64,000 nt of DNA from an uncultured Verrucomicrobiae bacterium. GTDB lineage: Bacteria > Verrucomicrobiota > Verrucomicrobiia > Limisphaerales > Palsa-1400. Position numbers and translations under genes: made by a program. The stretch lies in the NCBI GenBank assembly GCA_963707025.1, contig CAVPOM010000007.1:96001-160000 (forward strand), in the 5' to 3' direction. The notes beneath the pieces are model-generated. The model was not told the DNA's origin and ran no database searches. It worked only from the letters and a program-made list of their open reading frames with translations. Below are positions 8,151 through 17,735 of this stretch, piece by piece (position 1 is the first letter of the stretch; the number at the start of each line of letters is the position of its first letter).

Positions 8151-8184
8151 GGGCAATTATTGGCTGATCACATCGCAGGACGCC

Positions 8185-10899
8185 TTACCTCTCAAAACGC
8201 AAATAGACCGTCCCGTGATACGGCTCGGTCGCCAAAGGCGTGGTCGCCTGCGGCCCGGTCTGATTGGCGTTGTGAAACTTGTTGCCCATGGGCGGAATGT
8301 CCCGCACGACGGCGATATTGCCCGGCGGAAATTTCACCACCGTCTTCCCCGCCAATTTCTCCGGCGGAAATTCCGGCGTGCCGACGCGCACGAACGTGTT
8401 TTCGTCCGGGATCATCAGCGTGATCACTCCCTCGGTGGTCGTCAGCCGCAGCCAGCGCACATGCGCGAAATAACCGGCGAATTCCGGATAGACCCAGTCC
8501 TTGAAGCCCGTCTCGGTGGTGTTGAAGGCCGTTTCCCAGAGGCCGAAGGTGCCGCCCTTGAGCCGGTTGCGCCACACATGGTAAGGGCCATCCCCCAGCC
8601 AGGTCTTCTTGAGCATCTTTTCCTCGGGATAGTTGAAGGCCACGCCGACAAGATTGGTCTGCGCGGCCGGATCGCAGGTGTATTCCAGCTTGAGCCAGCC
8701 GGAACTGAGCATCGTCCATGTGGCCTGTGGAATCGGCCCGCTGCTCAACGAAATTTTCCGCCCGCGAACGCTCACGCTCACCAAACTGCCTTCTTCGACT
8801 GTGACCGTTGTGTTCGTGAATTTGTCTCCTGGATCTTGCGATGAGATGGTGCTTCTCGTTCCGCCGAAAATTATGCCACCACCATCGGGTGGGAACTGGG
8901 GCGCGAATTTCGCATTCGGCTGCAACCGCCAGACCCATGTCCACAATTCGCGCCCGCCGGGATCGCGCGCCGTCACCTCCAAGGCCTCGGCGTTCTTGCT
9001 TTTCCAATTCGCGGGCAGGCCAAGCCGCAATGTCCCGGAGCCGCCGGGCGCCACATCGGAGCCGGCGCAGGAGCCATTGGCAATCAGGAGTGAGCCGGGA
9101 AAGGGAGCGCCGCCGCCAGGCATCGGATCGAACCGCCGCAGCCGCCAGGTAAAGCTGCATTTGGAAAGGCTCGTGAACTCGTAACGATTCTCCACCGGCA
9201 GCGCGCCGTCGAAATCCGCCGGCAATGCGCGCGGCAGTTGCACCGGGGAATAAATCTCCTTGATCGTGTAAAAGCTGCCTTCCTTCTCCCGGTACGGCCC
9301 CATGATGCCGTCGGGGGCCCAGTTCCCCTTCACGTCAATTATATTATTGGAGTCATTGCGCACCACCCCTTCGTCGGCAAAGACCCAGAGGAAGCCGCCC
9401 GCCGACACTTTGCTGGCGCGCATGGCGTTCCAATAATCGTCCAGGCCCGCCCCCGCGCCGCCGTCGTAAAGGCCGTGCAGAAATTCCGTGGGCATCACGA
9501 TGTCCCGGCCCGCCAGCTCCTGCCCCAGCGCCCGCCAGTCCGGGTAATGCCTGTCAAGAATAGCACCGAACTTCCCTCCCCCGGGATGCACCACCGCCCG
9601 CTGCTGTGGATCGAGTTGGGCAAAGTCGCCGTCCAGATTGGTGTTCCAGCCCCCTTCGTTGGCGTTGTCCCAGAGCACGATGCAGGGATGGTTCACGTCG
9701 CGCGCAATCATGTCCTGCAACCGCGCCCGGCCGATCTCCGTGTCGTAGCGGTGCTGCCAGCCGCCCAGTTCGTCCAGCACGTAAACGCCCTGTTCATCGC
9801 AGTCATCCAGAAACGCCTCGTCCGGCGGATAATGCGACATGCGCGCCGCGTCCATGTTCATCTCCCGAATCAACCCGACATCCAGCCGGGCAATCCTGTC
9901 GGAAGAGGACCGTCCGAGCGTCGGCCAGGCGACGTGATGGCAAACGCCGCGGAACAGGACGCGCCGGCCATTGATATAAATGCCGTCGCCCGCCCGCACC
10001 TCGACGGTGCGAAACCCAAAACGCTGCCTCATTTCGTGCAGCACGGCCGCGCCCTGCTTGAGCCTGACCACGGCGGTGTAAAGCGCCGGCGTTTCCGCCG
10101 TCCACAACGACGGCCCCGTTACTTTAGTGTTGACATGTCCGGCCGTCACCGGCCCGGAGACTGGCGGCGCGGCGATTTTTCCCTGCGCGTCCTGAATTGT
10201 CACCTCCACCGCATCCGCCCCGCCTTCGCCGCCCGGATAATAATTCATGGCGAAAGAGCCGTCGGCGCGCGCGTCAATCGCCACCCGGTCCACGAACTGC
10301 GCCGGCTGGGCCTCCAGCCAGACGGGACGGAAGATGCCGCCAAAGACCCAGTAATCCGCGCTGCGCTCGGCATTGTTGACAGATGCGTCCGCCGACTTGT
10401 CGCTGACCGCGACTTCCAGCAAATTCTCCCCGGTGAATTTGATTTTTCCGGTGACATCATATTTAAAACGGTAGAAGGCGCCCTGATGCGGCGGCCCAGC
10501 TTCCTCGCCGTTGATTTTGACGGAGGCATCGGTCATCACGCCGTCGAAGACCAGGAAGACCCGCCGTCCGCGCCATTCGGCCGGGACCGCAAAGCGATGG
10601 CGGTACTGGCACTCGATCGGCGCGAAGCTTTTGTCCTCGAGGCCATAACGGAAGGTACCGAAACCCTGCGTTTCCCAGCAGGACGGCACGGCGATGTTTG
10701 TCCACAAGCCGCTGTTCCGGCCTTGCGAACAGAAGAATTCCCAGGGCACAGGGCTTTCGGCGTCGCGCCCGGAAAGATATTGCCGGATCGTCTCCTGCGC
10801 GGAGGCGGGCGTGGCGCGGCACAGCCAGCCGCCGCAGAGGAGGGCCGCCAGTAAACTGAAACAACCGGTTCTGGAATAGTTTTGTTTGGCGTTTTTCAT
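8185..10899 (-). CDS. Glycoside hydrolase family 2 (beta-galactosidase-like), exported
   Basis: Signal peptide; FDGVMT, GGIFRPVWL, FGFRTVE, RMSHYP, DEQGVYVLDE, WDNANE. Confidence 0.92.
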   Translation of the reverse strand: MKNAKQNYSRTGCFSLLAALLCGGWLCRATPASAQETIRQYLSGRDAESPVPWEFFCSQGRNSGLWTNIAVPSCWETQGFGTFRYGLEDKSFAPIECQYRHRFAVPAEWRGRRVFLVFDGVMTDASVKINGEEAGPPHQGAFYRFKYDVTGKIKFTGENLLEVAVSDKSADASVNNAERSADYWVFGGIFRPVWLEAQPAQFVDRVAIDARADGSFAMNYYPGGEGGADAVEVTIQDAQGKIAAPPVSGPVTAGHVNTKVTGPSLWTAETPALYTAVVRLKQGAAVLHEMRQRFGFRTVEVRAGDGIYINGRRVLFRGVCHHVAWPTLGRSSSDRIARLDVGLIREMNMDAARMSHYPPDEAFLDDCDEQGVYVLDELGGWQHRYDTEIGRARLQDMIARDVNHPCIVLWDNANEGGWNTNLDGDFAQLDPQQRAVVHPGGGKFGAILDRHYPDWRALGQELAGRDIVMPTEFLHGLYDGGAGAGLDDYWNAMRASKVSAGGFLWVFADEGVVRNDSNNIIDVKGNWAPDGIMGPYREKEGSFYTIKEIYSPVQLPRALPADFDGALPVENRYEFTSLSKCSFTWRLRRFDPMPGGGAPFPGSLLIANGSCAGSDVAPGGSGTLRLGLPANWKSKNAEALEVTARDPGGRELWTWVWRLQPNAKFAPQFPPDGGGIIFGGTRSTISSQDPGDKFTNTTVTVEEGSLVSVSVRGRKISLSSGPIPQATWTMLSSGWLKLEYTCDPAAQTNLVGVAFNYPEEKMLKKTWLGDGPYHVWRNRLKGGTFGLWETAFNTTETGFKDWVYPEFAGYFAHVRWLRLTTTEGVITLMIPDENTFVRVGTPEFPPEKLAGKTVVKFPPGNIAVVRDIPPMGNKFHNANQTGPQATTPLATEPYHGTVYLRFER

Positions 10900-10902
10900 A
10901 AA

Positions 10903-12033
10903 CTAGGTTGCCGGCAAAATTCCGGCCTCTTGCGCAACAGTTGAATCCTCCAGGGCCGGCTGCTGCTGGCTCAGGCAATGCAGTGTGCCAAAGCCCAGCA
11001 CCAAGTCCACCGCGTGAATCCCCACCACCGGCCGGTCCCGGAATAAATCCCCCAGGATGCCCAGGGCGATGCGGTCGTTGGGGTCGTTGAAGGTGGGCAC
11101 CAGGACCGCCGCGTTGCTGATGTAAAAATTGGCGTAGCTGGCCGGCAAACGGTAGCCGTCGTAAAAAATCGGCGCGGGCATGGGCAGCGCCACCACCTGG
11201 ATTTTTGCGCCGTCTTCCAGGCGCAGCCCCTCCAGCCGTTCCCGGTTCTCCGCCAGCGGCTCGTAATTGAGATCCTTGGGATTGCTCTCCTGCGCCAGCA
11301 CCACGGTGGTTGGATTGACAAACCGGCAGATGTCATCCACATGGCCGTGGGTGTCGTCCCCCGCCACCCCGCCCCCCAGCCAGAGCACATTGCTGGCCCC
11401 CAGATACCGCTCGAGCGTCAATTCTATTTCCTTCCGGCCCAGACCGGGATTGCGCGCCTGGGTTTTCTGATCCAGCAGGCATTCCTCAGTCGTCAGGAGA
11501 GTGCCCCGGCCATTGACCTCAATGGCGCCGCCTTCGAGGACAAAAGCCCGGCCTTGATACCCGGCCTGGAACAGACGTTTGCCCAGGCGCCTGGCCGCCA
11601 TTGCAGGCACCCGGCGGTCCTGCTGCCAATCCGGGTATTTGGCCCAGGCGTTGAAATGAAAATGCACAAACGCCGTTTCCGCCTTTCTTCCGCCCCGCCG
11701 CACACAGATCGGCCCGCTGTCGCGCATCCAGCCCCGGTTGGTCGGGTGGATGATGAATTCCACCCGCGCGACCTCGGCGTGCGCCTGGGTCAGCGTGCGG
11801 CGGGCCGCGCTTTCGTCGGCCTGGGAATTCACCAACAGCCGGACGAGTTCGCCCGGGCCGATTTTGCGGACCATTTCGCCGTAAACCCAGCGGATGGTGC
11901 TCATTTTGCGTGGCCAATCGGCGGGATGGTGCGGCCAGGCCAGCCAGGTGGCTTCATGCCGCTCCCATTCCGCCGGCATGGCAAATCCGAGGGACGCCGG
12001 AGTGCGCGCCGCCGTGGTTTTTTTCTCAGTCAT
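10903..12033 (-). CDS. aguA: Agmatine deiminase
   Basis: MPAEWE, WMRDSGP, LEGGAI, DDTHGHVD, ASYANFY, GTLHCLSQQQP. Confidence 0.93.
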   Translation of the reverse strand: MTEKKTTAARTPASLGFAMPAEWERHEATWLAWPHHPADWPRKMSTIRWVYGEMVRKIGPGELVRLLVNSQADESAARRTLTQAHAEVARVEFIIHPTNRGWMRDSGPICVRRGGRKAETAFVHFHFNAWAKYPDWQQDRRVPAMAARRLGKRLFQAGYQGRAFVLEGGAIEVNGRGTLLTTEECLLDQKTQARNPGLGRKEIELTLERYLGASNVLWLGGGVAGDDTHGHVDDICRFVNPTTVVLAQESNPKDLNYEPLAENRERLEGLRLEDGAKIQVVALPMPAPIFYDGYRLPASYANFYISNAAVLVPTFNDPNDRIALGILGDLFRDRPVVGIHAVDLVLGFGTLHCLSQQQPALEDSTVAQEAGILPAT

Positions 12034-12127
12034 CGCGCATTAGAATAAATGCAAGTAAAGGGTTGGCAAGCGGGGAAGGCGGCGTATATTCTCCGCCCAA
12101 TTCAGGAAACGGATGGAATTGAAAACT

Positions 12128-13331
12128 ATGAACACGAAGAGAACGAGCCGGCACCGCCAGGATTTGACCGAGGCGCCGGATTGGTTGCTGAAAAAGAAAT
12201 GCCCGCACCGGGAAAAATACCTGGCCGGCAAGCGCATTATGCCCAAGGGCATCACCGGCCGGGAAAAGTTCGCCGACCTGATGGATGACTGCTTCCTGGC
12301 CTACAATTCCGCCCGCCTGCGCGAGGTGTGCCGCTTGTTCACCACGCGCATGCTCAGAAGCGGACGTGACCATTGGCATGAGCTTGTCGGGCGCGTTGAC
12401 CCCGGCCGGCCTGGGCTGCTCCTCCATTGTCCCGTTGATCAAAGCCGGCTTCGTGGACTGGATAGTCAGCACCGGGGCCATTCTTTACCACGATCTGCAC
12501 TTCGCCCTGAATCTCCCCGTCCACGTCGGCAGCCACCTGTTTGACGACACCGATTTGCGCACCAACGACATCGTCCGCGTCTATGACGTCCTGTTGGGCT
12601 ACAGCGACTGCCTGATGGCCACGGACGAAATCCTCCGCGGCATTCTTATCCAGCCCGAATTCCAGAAGGAAATGGGCACGGCGGAATTGCACCACCTCAT
12701 TGGCCGCTACGCCGCCGAATGGGAGCGCAAGGCCGGCCTCAAGGACGTCTCCGTCATGGCCGCCGCCTATCGGGCCGGCGTCCCCTGCTACACCTCTTCG
12801 CCCGGCGATTCGACCATCGGGATGAACGTGGCCGGCGTGGAACTGCGCGGCAACAAGCTGCGGCTGAATCCGGCCATAGATGTCAATGAAACCACCGCCA
12901 TTGTCCTGGGCGCCAAGCGGGCCGGCGGCAAGAGCGGCGTCATGCTCCTGGGCGGCGGCAGCCCCAAGAATTTCATGCTCCAAACCGAGCCGCAGATTCA
13001 GGAAGTCCTGCGCATGCGGGAGTACGGCCAGGATTATTTCTTCCAGATCACCGACGCCCGCCCGGACACCGGCGGCCTGTCCGGCGCCACGCCCAGCGAG
13101 GCGGTCAGTTGGGGCAAGGTGGACCCGGATCGTTTGCCCGATGCCGTGGTCTGCTACACCGACACGAGCATCGCCCTGCCCATCATCACCCATTACGCGC
13201 TGGCCCGTCATACCAAACGCCCGCTCAAGCGCCTCTATGACCAGCGGCCCCAGTTGCTCAAGGCCTTGACCAGGGAGTATTTCGCCCACAACAAGGTGAA
13301 GATGATAGATGGCTCCGACCCGGTGATTTAG
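12128..13331 (+). CDS. Deoxyhypusine-synthase-like homospermidine biosynthesis protein (one extra base near 12356)
   Basis: [41 protein letters not shown]-terminus in adjacent frame. Confidence 0.85.
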
Positions 13332-13335
13332 CAGA

Positions 13336-14469
13336 ATGACCAAAAAACAGTTACAGCAGATCGCCGGCAAAGAGGGCACGCCGGTGGTGGTGATTGATCA
13401 CAACGTCCTGCGCGCCAATTACCGGGCCTTCCACCAACACCTGCCCCGCGTCCAGGCCTACTACGCCGTCAAGGCCAATCCCGACCCGGCCATCGTCCGC
13501 AGCCTCTACAAGATCGGGGCCAGCTTCGATGTGGCCTCCCTGGCCGAATTCAGGCTGGTTTACGAGAACATCCGGGGGCTGCCCGCCAGGGAGCAGCAGG
13601 ATTTCATCTGGGACAAAATCATTTTTGCCAATCCCACCAAGCCGCGCGAAACCCTGGAGGCGCTGGATCAATACAAGCCGCTGGTTACTTTCGACAACCT
13701 CAACGAGTTGCAGAAAATCAAGCGCTTCGCCCCGCACGCCGGCGTCGTCCTGCGCCTGCGCGTGCCCAACACCGGGTCGGTCGTCGAACTGTCCTCCAAA
13801 TTCGGGGCCGACCCCAGCGAGGCCGTCGCCCTCATTCAGGCGGCCTTCGACCTGGGATTGGTGGTCGAGGGACTCAGCTTCCACGTCGGCAGCCAGTGCA
13901 TGAACTTCGAGAACTTCGTCCAGGCCCTGAACATCTCGGCCAGCGTCATGCAGGAGGCCGAAGCCCGCGGCCACAAAATCAAAATTCTTGACATCGGCGG
14001 CGGCTTCCCCGCCCCTTATCATCGCGACGTCGAATCCATTGAAGTCCTCGCCCGGAAAATCAACGCCGAGATCCACCGTCTCTTTTCCAAGGACACCGAC
14101 CTCATCGCCGAACCGGGCCGCTTTGTGGTCGCCTCCGCCGCCACCTCCATCGCCAAGGTCATCGGCAAGGCCAGCCGCGACGGCAAGACCTGCTACTACA
14201 TTGACGACGGGGTTTACCACACCTTCTCGGGCATCATCTTCGATCATTGCCAGTACCACCTCAAAGCCTTCAAGCGCGGCCCAACCGAAATCTGCGCCGT
14301 CTTCGGGCAGACTTGCGACGCCCTGGACACCATCTCGCTGTCGGAGGATTTGCCCGATCTGCAATTGGATGACTTGGTCTATTGCGAAGCAATTGGGGCC
14401 TACAGCAACGCCTCCGCCACCTGGTTCAACGGCTTCGCCCCCGCCAAGGTGGTCCACATCAACGAATAA
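13336..14469 (+). CDS. Type III PLP (alanine-racemase fold) ornithine/lysine decarboxylase
   Basis: YAVKAN, FDVAS, SKFGA, SFHVGSQ, DIGGGF, EPGR, GQTCDALD. Confidence 0.92.
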   Translation: MTKKQLQQIAGKEGTPVVVIDHNVLRANYRAFHQHLPRVQAYYAVKANPDPAIVRSLYKIGASFDVASLAEFRLVYENIRGLPAREQQDFIWDKIIFANPTKPRETLEALDQYKPLVTFDNLNELQKIKRFAPHAGVVLRLRVPNTGSVVELSSKFGADPSEAVALIQAAFDLGLVVEGLSFHVGSQCMNFENFVQALNISASVMQEAEARGHKIKILDIGGGFPAPYHRDVESIEVLARKINAEIHRLFSKDTDLIAEPGRFVVASAATSIAKVIGKASRDGKTCYYIDDGVYHTFSGIIFDHCQYHLKAFKRGPTEICAVFGQTCDALDTISLSEDLPDLQLDDLVYCEAIGAYSNASATWFNGFAPAKVVHINE

Positions 14470-14512
14470 ATGCGTTCTTGCTCACCGGCAGCCGGGGAGC
14501 TATCTTGGCCCC

Positions 14513-14746
14513 GTGAAAACAGCAACCATTCAGCAGGTGCCAGAGCGCTGGCCGGACATCTTGAAATGGGTGGCGTCCGGGGAAGAAGTTCAAATGACCG
14601 ACCGCGACAAGGTGGTTGCCAAACTGGTGCCCGCTGGGGCGACGCAGCCGGATTTCGTAGGCCGGGCCAAAGCCATTTGGGGTGAGAATCCTCCGGGCAA
14701 ATCCCTCAGCGCCATCGAGGCCGAAGCGCGCGGAGGCGAACGGTGA
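14513..14746 (+). CDS. Phd/YefM-like antitoxin
   Basis: GEEVQMTDRDKVVAKLVP motif; GTGA overlap with PIN gene start. Confidence 0.8.
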   Translation: MKTATIQQVPERWPDILKWVASGEEVQMTDRDKVVAKLVPAGATQPDFVGRAKAIWGENPPGKSLSAIEAEARGGER

Positions 14747-14773
14747 TCTATTTGGACACCGGCTGTCTCGTAA
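14743..14773 (+). pseudogene. VapC/PIN toxin, only first ~10 codons remain
   Basis: MIYLDTGCLV then abrupt switch to unrelated low-GC sequence. Confidence 0.7.
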
Positions 14774-14965
14774 CGTATAGTGTCCAGCGGACGACGCATA
14801 ATGTTGTGATCGTGGTCAATCACACGCTGATTTGACACCGCATTGGAGAATACATGCCGAAGCCTTTGCCCAGAGAAGATTTTCGCGCGGTGCGAATTGT
14901 TTTAGAGCCGAGCGACTTCGCACTCGGTTCGGAGCTTCCAGACCCGCCGCCGAGAGATTTGATTT

Positions 14966-16416
14966 CACAGCCATCCCACAGGAAATTGGAAAAGAGTGTT
15001 GGCTTGACCATTTGAACCTGCCACAAGGCAGGCATGAAAAACAAAAAAATCAAACCAACACGGTCCCGGTTTAACGTTTTGCGCCAGATTTGCAATCTCA
15101 TTCCTGCGCATGAAGTCTCCAAAATAGCGCGGGAGACCGGGGCTCTGGATAAGTCGCGCACCTTCAGTCCGTGGAGTCACACGGTCAGTTTGCTGGACGC
15201 GCAACTCACCCATTGCATCGGACTCAACGATCTGTGCGACTCGCTGCAATTGCATTCCGGGCCGCTGTCCACTTTGCGCGGCGCCAGCGCCCCCAGCCGC
15301 AACGGCCTCTCCCACGCCAACCGGGAGCGTCCGGCCCAGATGGCCGAACAACTCTTCTGGCGGGTCCTGGAGCATTTGAAAGCACAGACGCCCGGCTTTG
15401 CCGCGGGCCAGCGCCGTGGCCCCGCCTTCCGTTTCAAGATGCCCATCCATGTGATTGATAGCACGACCATGGAACTGGTGGCCAACTGCCTGGACTGGGC
15501 CAAGCACCGCCGGCGCAAGGCCGCCGCCAAAACCCATATGCGGTTGAATCTGCAGAATCTTTTGCCCGGTTTTGTCATTGTGGACACTGCCGCCGAGCAC
15601 GACAACCGACGGGCGCGGGAACTGTGCGCCGACTTGAAGAGCGGCGAAATCGCCTTGTTCGACAAGGGTTATGTGGACTTCGGCCACTTGCGGGATTTGG
15701 ACGGGCGCGGGGTCTTTTGGGTGACGCGGGCCAAGGAGAACATGGGCTATGAGGTGGTGCGGAAAATGCCCGCCTCCAGAGACCCGAAGATTTTGCGCGA
15801 CGAAGTGATCGTCCTGAGCAACGAGAACAAACCCGCGCCGGAGTTGATGCGCCGGGTGGTGGCGCTGGTCGAGATTGATGGAGAGGAACGGGAAATGACC
15901 TTCCTGACCAACAACCTGGAGTGGAGTCCGCGCAGCGTGGCCGACCTTTACCGCTGCCGCTGGCAGATCGAAGTCTTCTTCAAACAAATCAAGCAGACCT
16001 TGCAGTTGGCGGATTTTCTGGGCCACAACGCCAACGCCGTGCGCTGGCAGGTGTGGACGGCGCTGTTGACCTACGTGCTGTTGCGCTACCTCAGTCACCT
16101 CTCCAACTGGGCGCACAGCTTCACCCGGCTGTTCACGATTTTGCGGGCGGCGCTCTGGGAGAAATATGATCTGCTCAATTTGCTGGCGTGCTATGGGACA
16201 GCAGGCGGCAGCTTTCGCCACTTGGCGCGGCCCGAGCAGGCGTATTTCCCCGGCTTCCAATAAAGCTATGGGACAGCACACGCGCCCAAACAGGCGCATA
16301 CCAAACCCAAAAGCCAAACTCGGAAAAATCAAAATCTCATTTTACCCCGAAGACCAATTAAACCCTTGCAAATGAACAGGTCAGCACCAGACTTTTCCCC
16401 TTATGAGACGGGTGTG
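14966..16416 (+). mobile_element. IS4-family element copy 1 with 9-bp target duplication
   Basis: Ends CACAGCCATCCCACAGG / CCTTATGAGACGGGTGTG; ATTTGATTT at 14957-14965 and 16417-16425. Confidence 0.93.
15034..16263 (+). CDS. IS4-family DDE transposase (DUF4372-type N-terminus)
   Basis: IDSTT, FDKGY, YRCRWQIEVFFKQIKQ (YREK motif). Confidence 0.95.
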   Translation: MKNKKIKPTRSRFNVLRQICNLIPAHEVSKIARETGALDKSRTFSPWSHTVSLLDAQLTHCIGLNDLCDSLQLHSGPLSTLRGASAPSRNGLSHANRERPAQMAEQLFWRVLEHLKAQTPGFAAGQRRGPAFRFKMPIHVIDSTTMELVANCLDWAKHRRRKAAAKTHMRLNLQNLLPGFVIVDTAAEHDNRRARELCADLKSGEIALFDKGYVDFGHLRDLDGRGVFWVTRAKENMGYEVVRKMPASRDPKILRDEVIVLSNENKPAPELMRRVVALVEIDGEEREMTFLTNNLEWSPRSVADLYRCRWQIEVFFKQIKQTLQLADFLGHNANAVRWQVWTALLTYVLLRYLSHLSNWAHSFTRLFTILRAALWEKYDLLNLLACYGTAGGSFRHLARPEQAYFPGFQ

Positions 16417-17329
16417 ATTTGATTTCAGAAGAAACTTGGAATGATCTTGTCGGTTTGGCTGATGACGTTGCAATTCGCACGTCCAATGATTACGGAGCTA
16501 TTTTGAAGGAAGTCTCCGAATTTCACAGTGAATTGGTCTGTGTATCATTGGCGCTGCAAGACCTCGCAAGACAATCTGCCTGTGACGTTTCGGAATCTCC
16601 AATTTGTCACGTTCTGTGCTCCGCAAGCGAAGAACTTGCCGCTTCAATATACAATGCGTTAACAGGACATTATAGCATAGCATTTTCTGCACTTCGAACT
16701 GTCGTCGAGAATTTAACAATCGGATTACACTTGGAACTCTCCGGAGACCGGGCTCGGTTTCAATCTTGGCTTGCTGATGATGATTTGAGGTTCGGCTGGG
16801 CTGCCGACAACGCTCCCAGCAACAAGGCTGTTGGCGGCCTTGAGGCACATTTAGATGCGGCCATTGCGGACACTTTGTTTAGACAAAAAATCGGCGGGCT
16901 GTCCCGCCGGTGGTTTTGCTCGACGTCTTTTTGGAAAATTGTGCAAATACACACACGGCAGGCCGGGATTTACGGACGGTGATATGTGGGAGAGCAATGG
17001 GCCGGTCTTTGCCCCAAAGGCATTTCTCGAATGGGCTATTGCCTTCGTTCAAACCTATGCCTTTAGTCTCATAGCGTGTCATCTTAGCCAGCCGAATTTA
17101 CGCAGTCTTGGCAACTGGTCTCAACGGTCTCTGGAAGGTCTATTCAATCAGGCAGCCCGCAGGTTAAGGGCGCAGGATGACGGGGCGAAATTGTTTCAAA
17201 ATCTGCCATCCAATTTTTGGTGAAAAGGCCATCCAGGTCCTATCTGAACATTCTACTTTTCTGTCGAGAAGAAGTGCAAATGTATAAAGTTTCGATCTGA
17301 CCGCAGATTCATTTGGTGGGCACCTCAAA

Positions 17330-17735
17330 TCAAGGCACTGCCTTGTCCGCCGCTGCGAGTAACAAAGCGGTCGCTCGCATGGCCAAATCACGATCCGGAT
17401 CACAACTCAGCAACGCCTCCGAAAACTCTTCATCGAGCAACCGGAAGTCCCTCGAGATGCTCATACGGCGCAAGGCCCTTAATTGAACCTCAACTTTAGA
17501 GAAACTGTCCTTCTCGCGATCTGGGTGGGAAGCCTCTGCTTTAAAATGTACTATGGCGTTGCGAATTGAAAACACTGTATGCAACCGCCTCCTCAGGGGA
17601 ACAGGAAAGCGCCGTTTCGTGAAGACCTCGAACATCCAAGTGAGCTTGGCATCAACGCTTACCTCTCTTAGGAGGGATGTGACCTGACTCGCGGTCCATC
17701 CCTGGTTAGCCAGAATTTGCTGATAGATCGCATTT
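17330..17735 (-). pseudogene. 5'-truncated HEPN-like protein
   Basis: Open frame runs to the IS left end; contains RNAIVH (Rx4H). Confidence 0.6.

Larger units (their letters stand above)
14854..17223 (+). pseudogene. Hypothetical (possibly HEPN/DUF5677-like) gene interrupted by IS4 and with a further frameshift near 16890
   Basis: MPKPLPREDFRAVR...PPPRDL joins ISEETW... in frame once the IS and one TSD copy are removed; C-terminal part LCKYTHGRPG in another frame. Confidence 0.75.

Noticed and set aside
5331..8228. Duplicated gene 3' end as a DGR template/variable repeat
   Set aside because: Only 39 bp, the one mismatch is a coding-strand T/C rather than adenine-specific, and no reverse transcriptase is in the window
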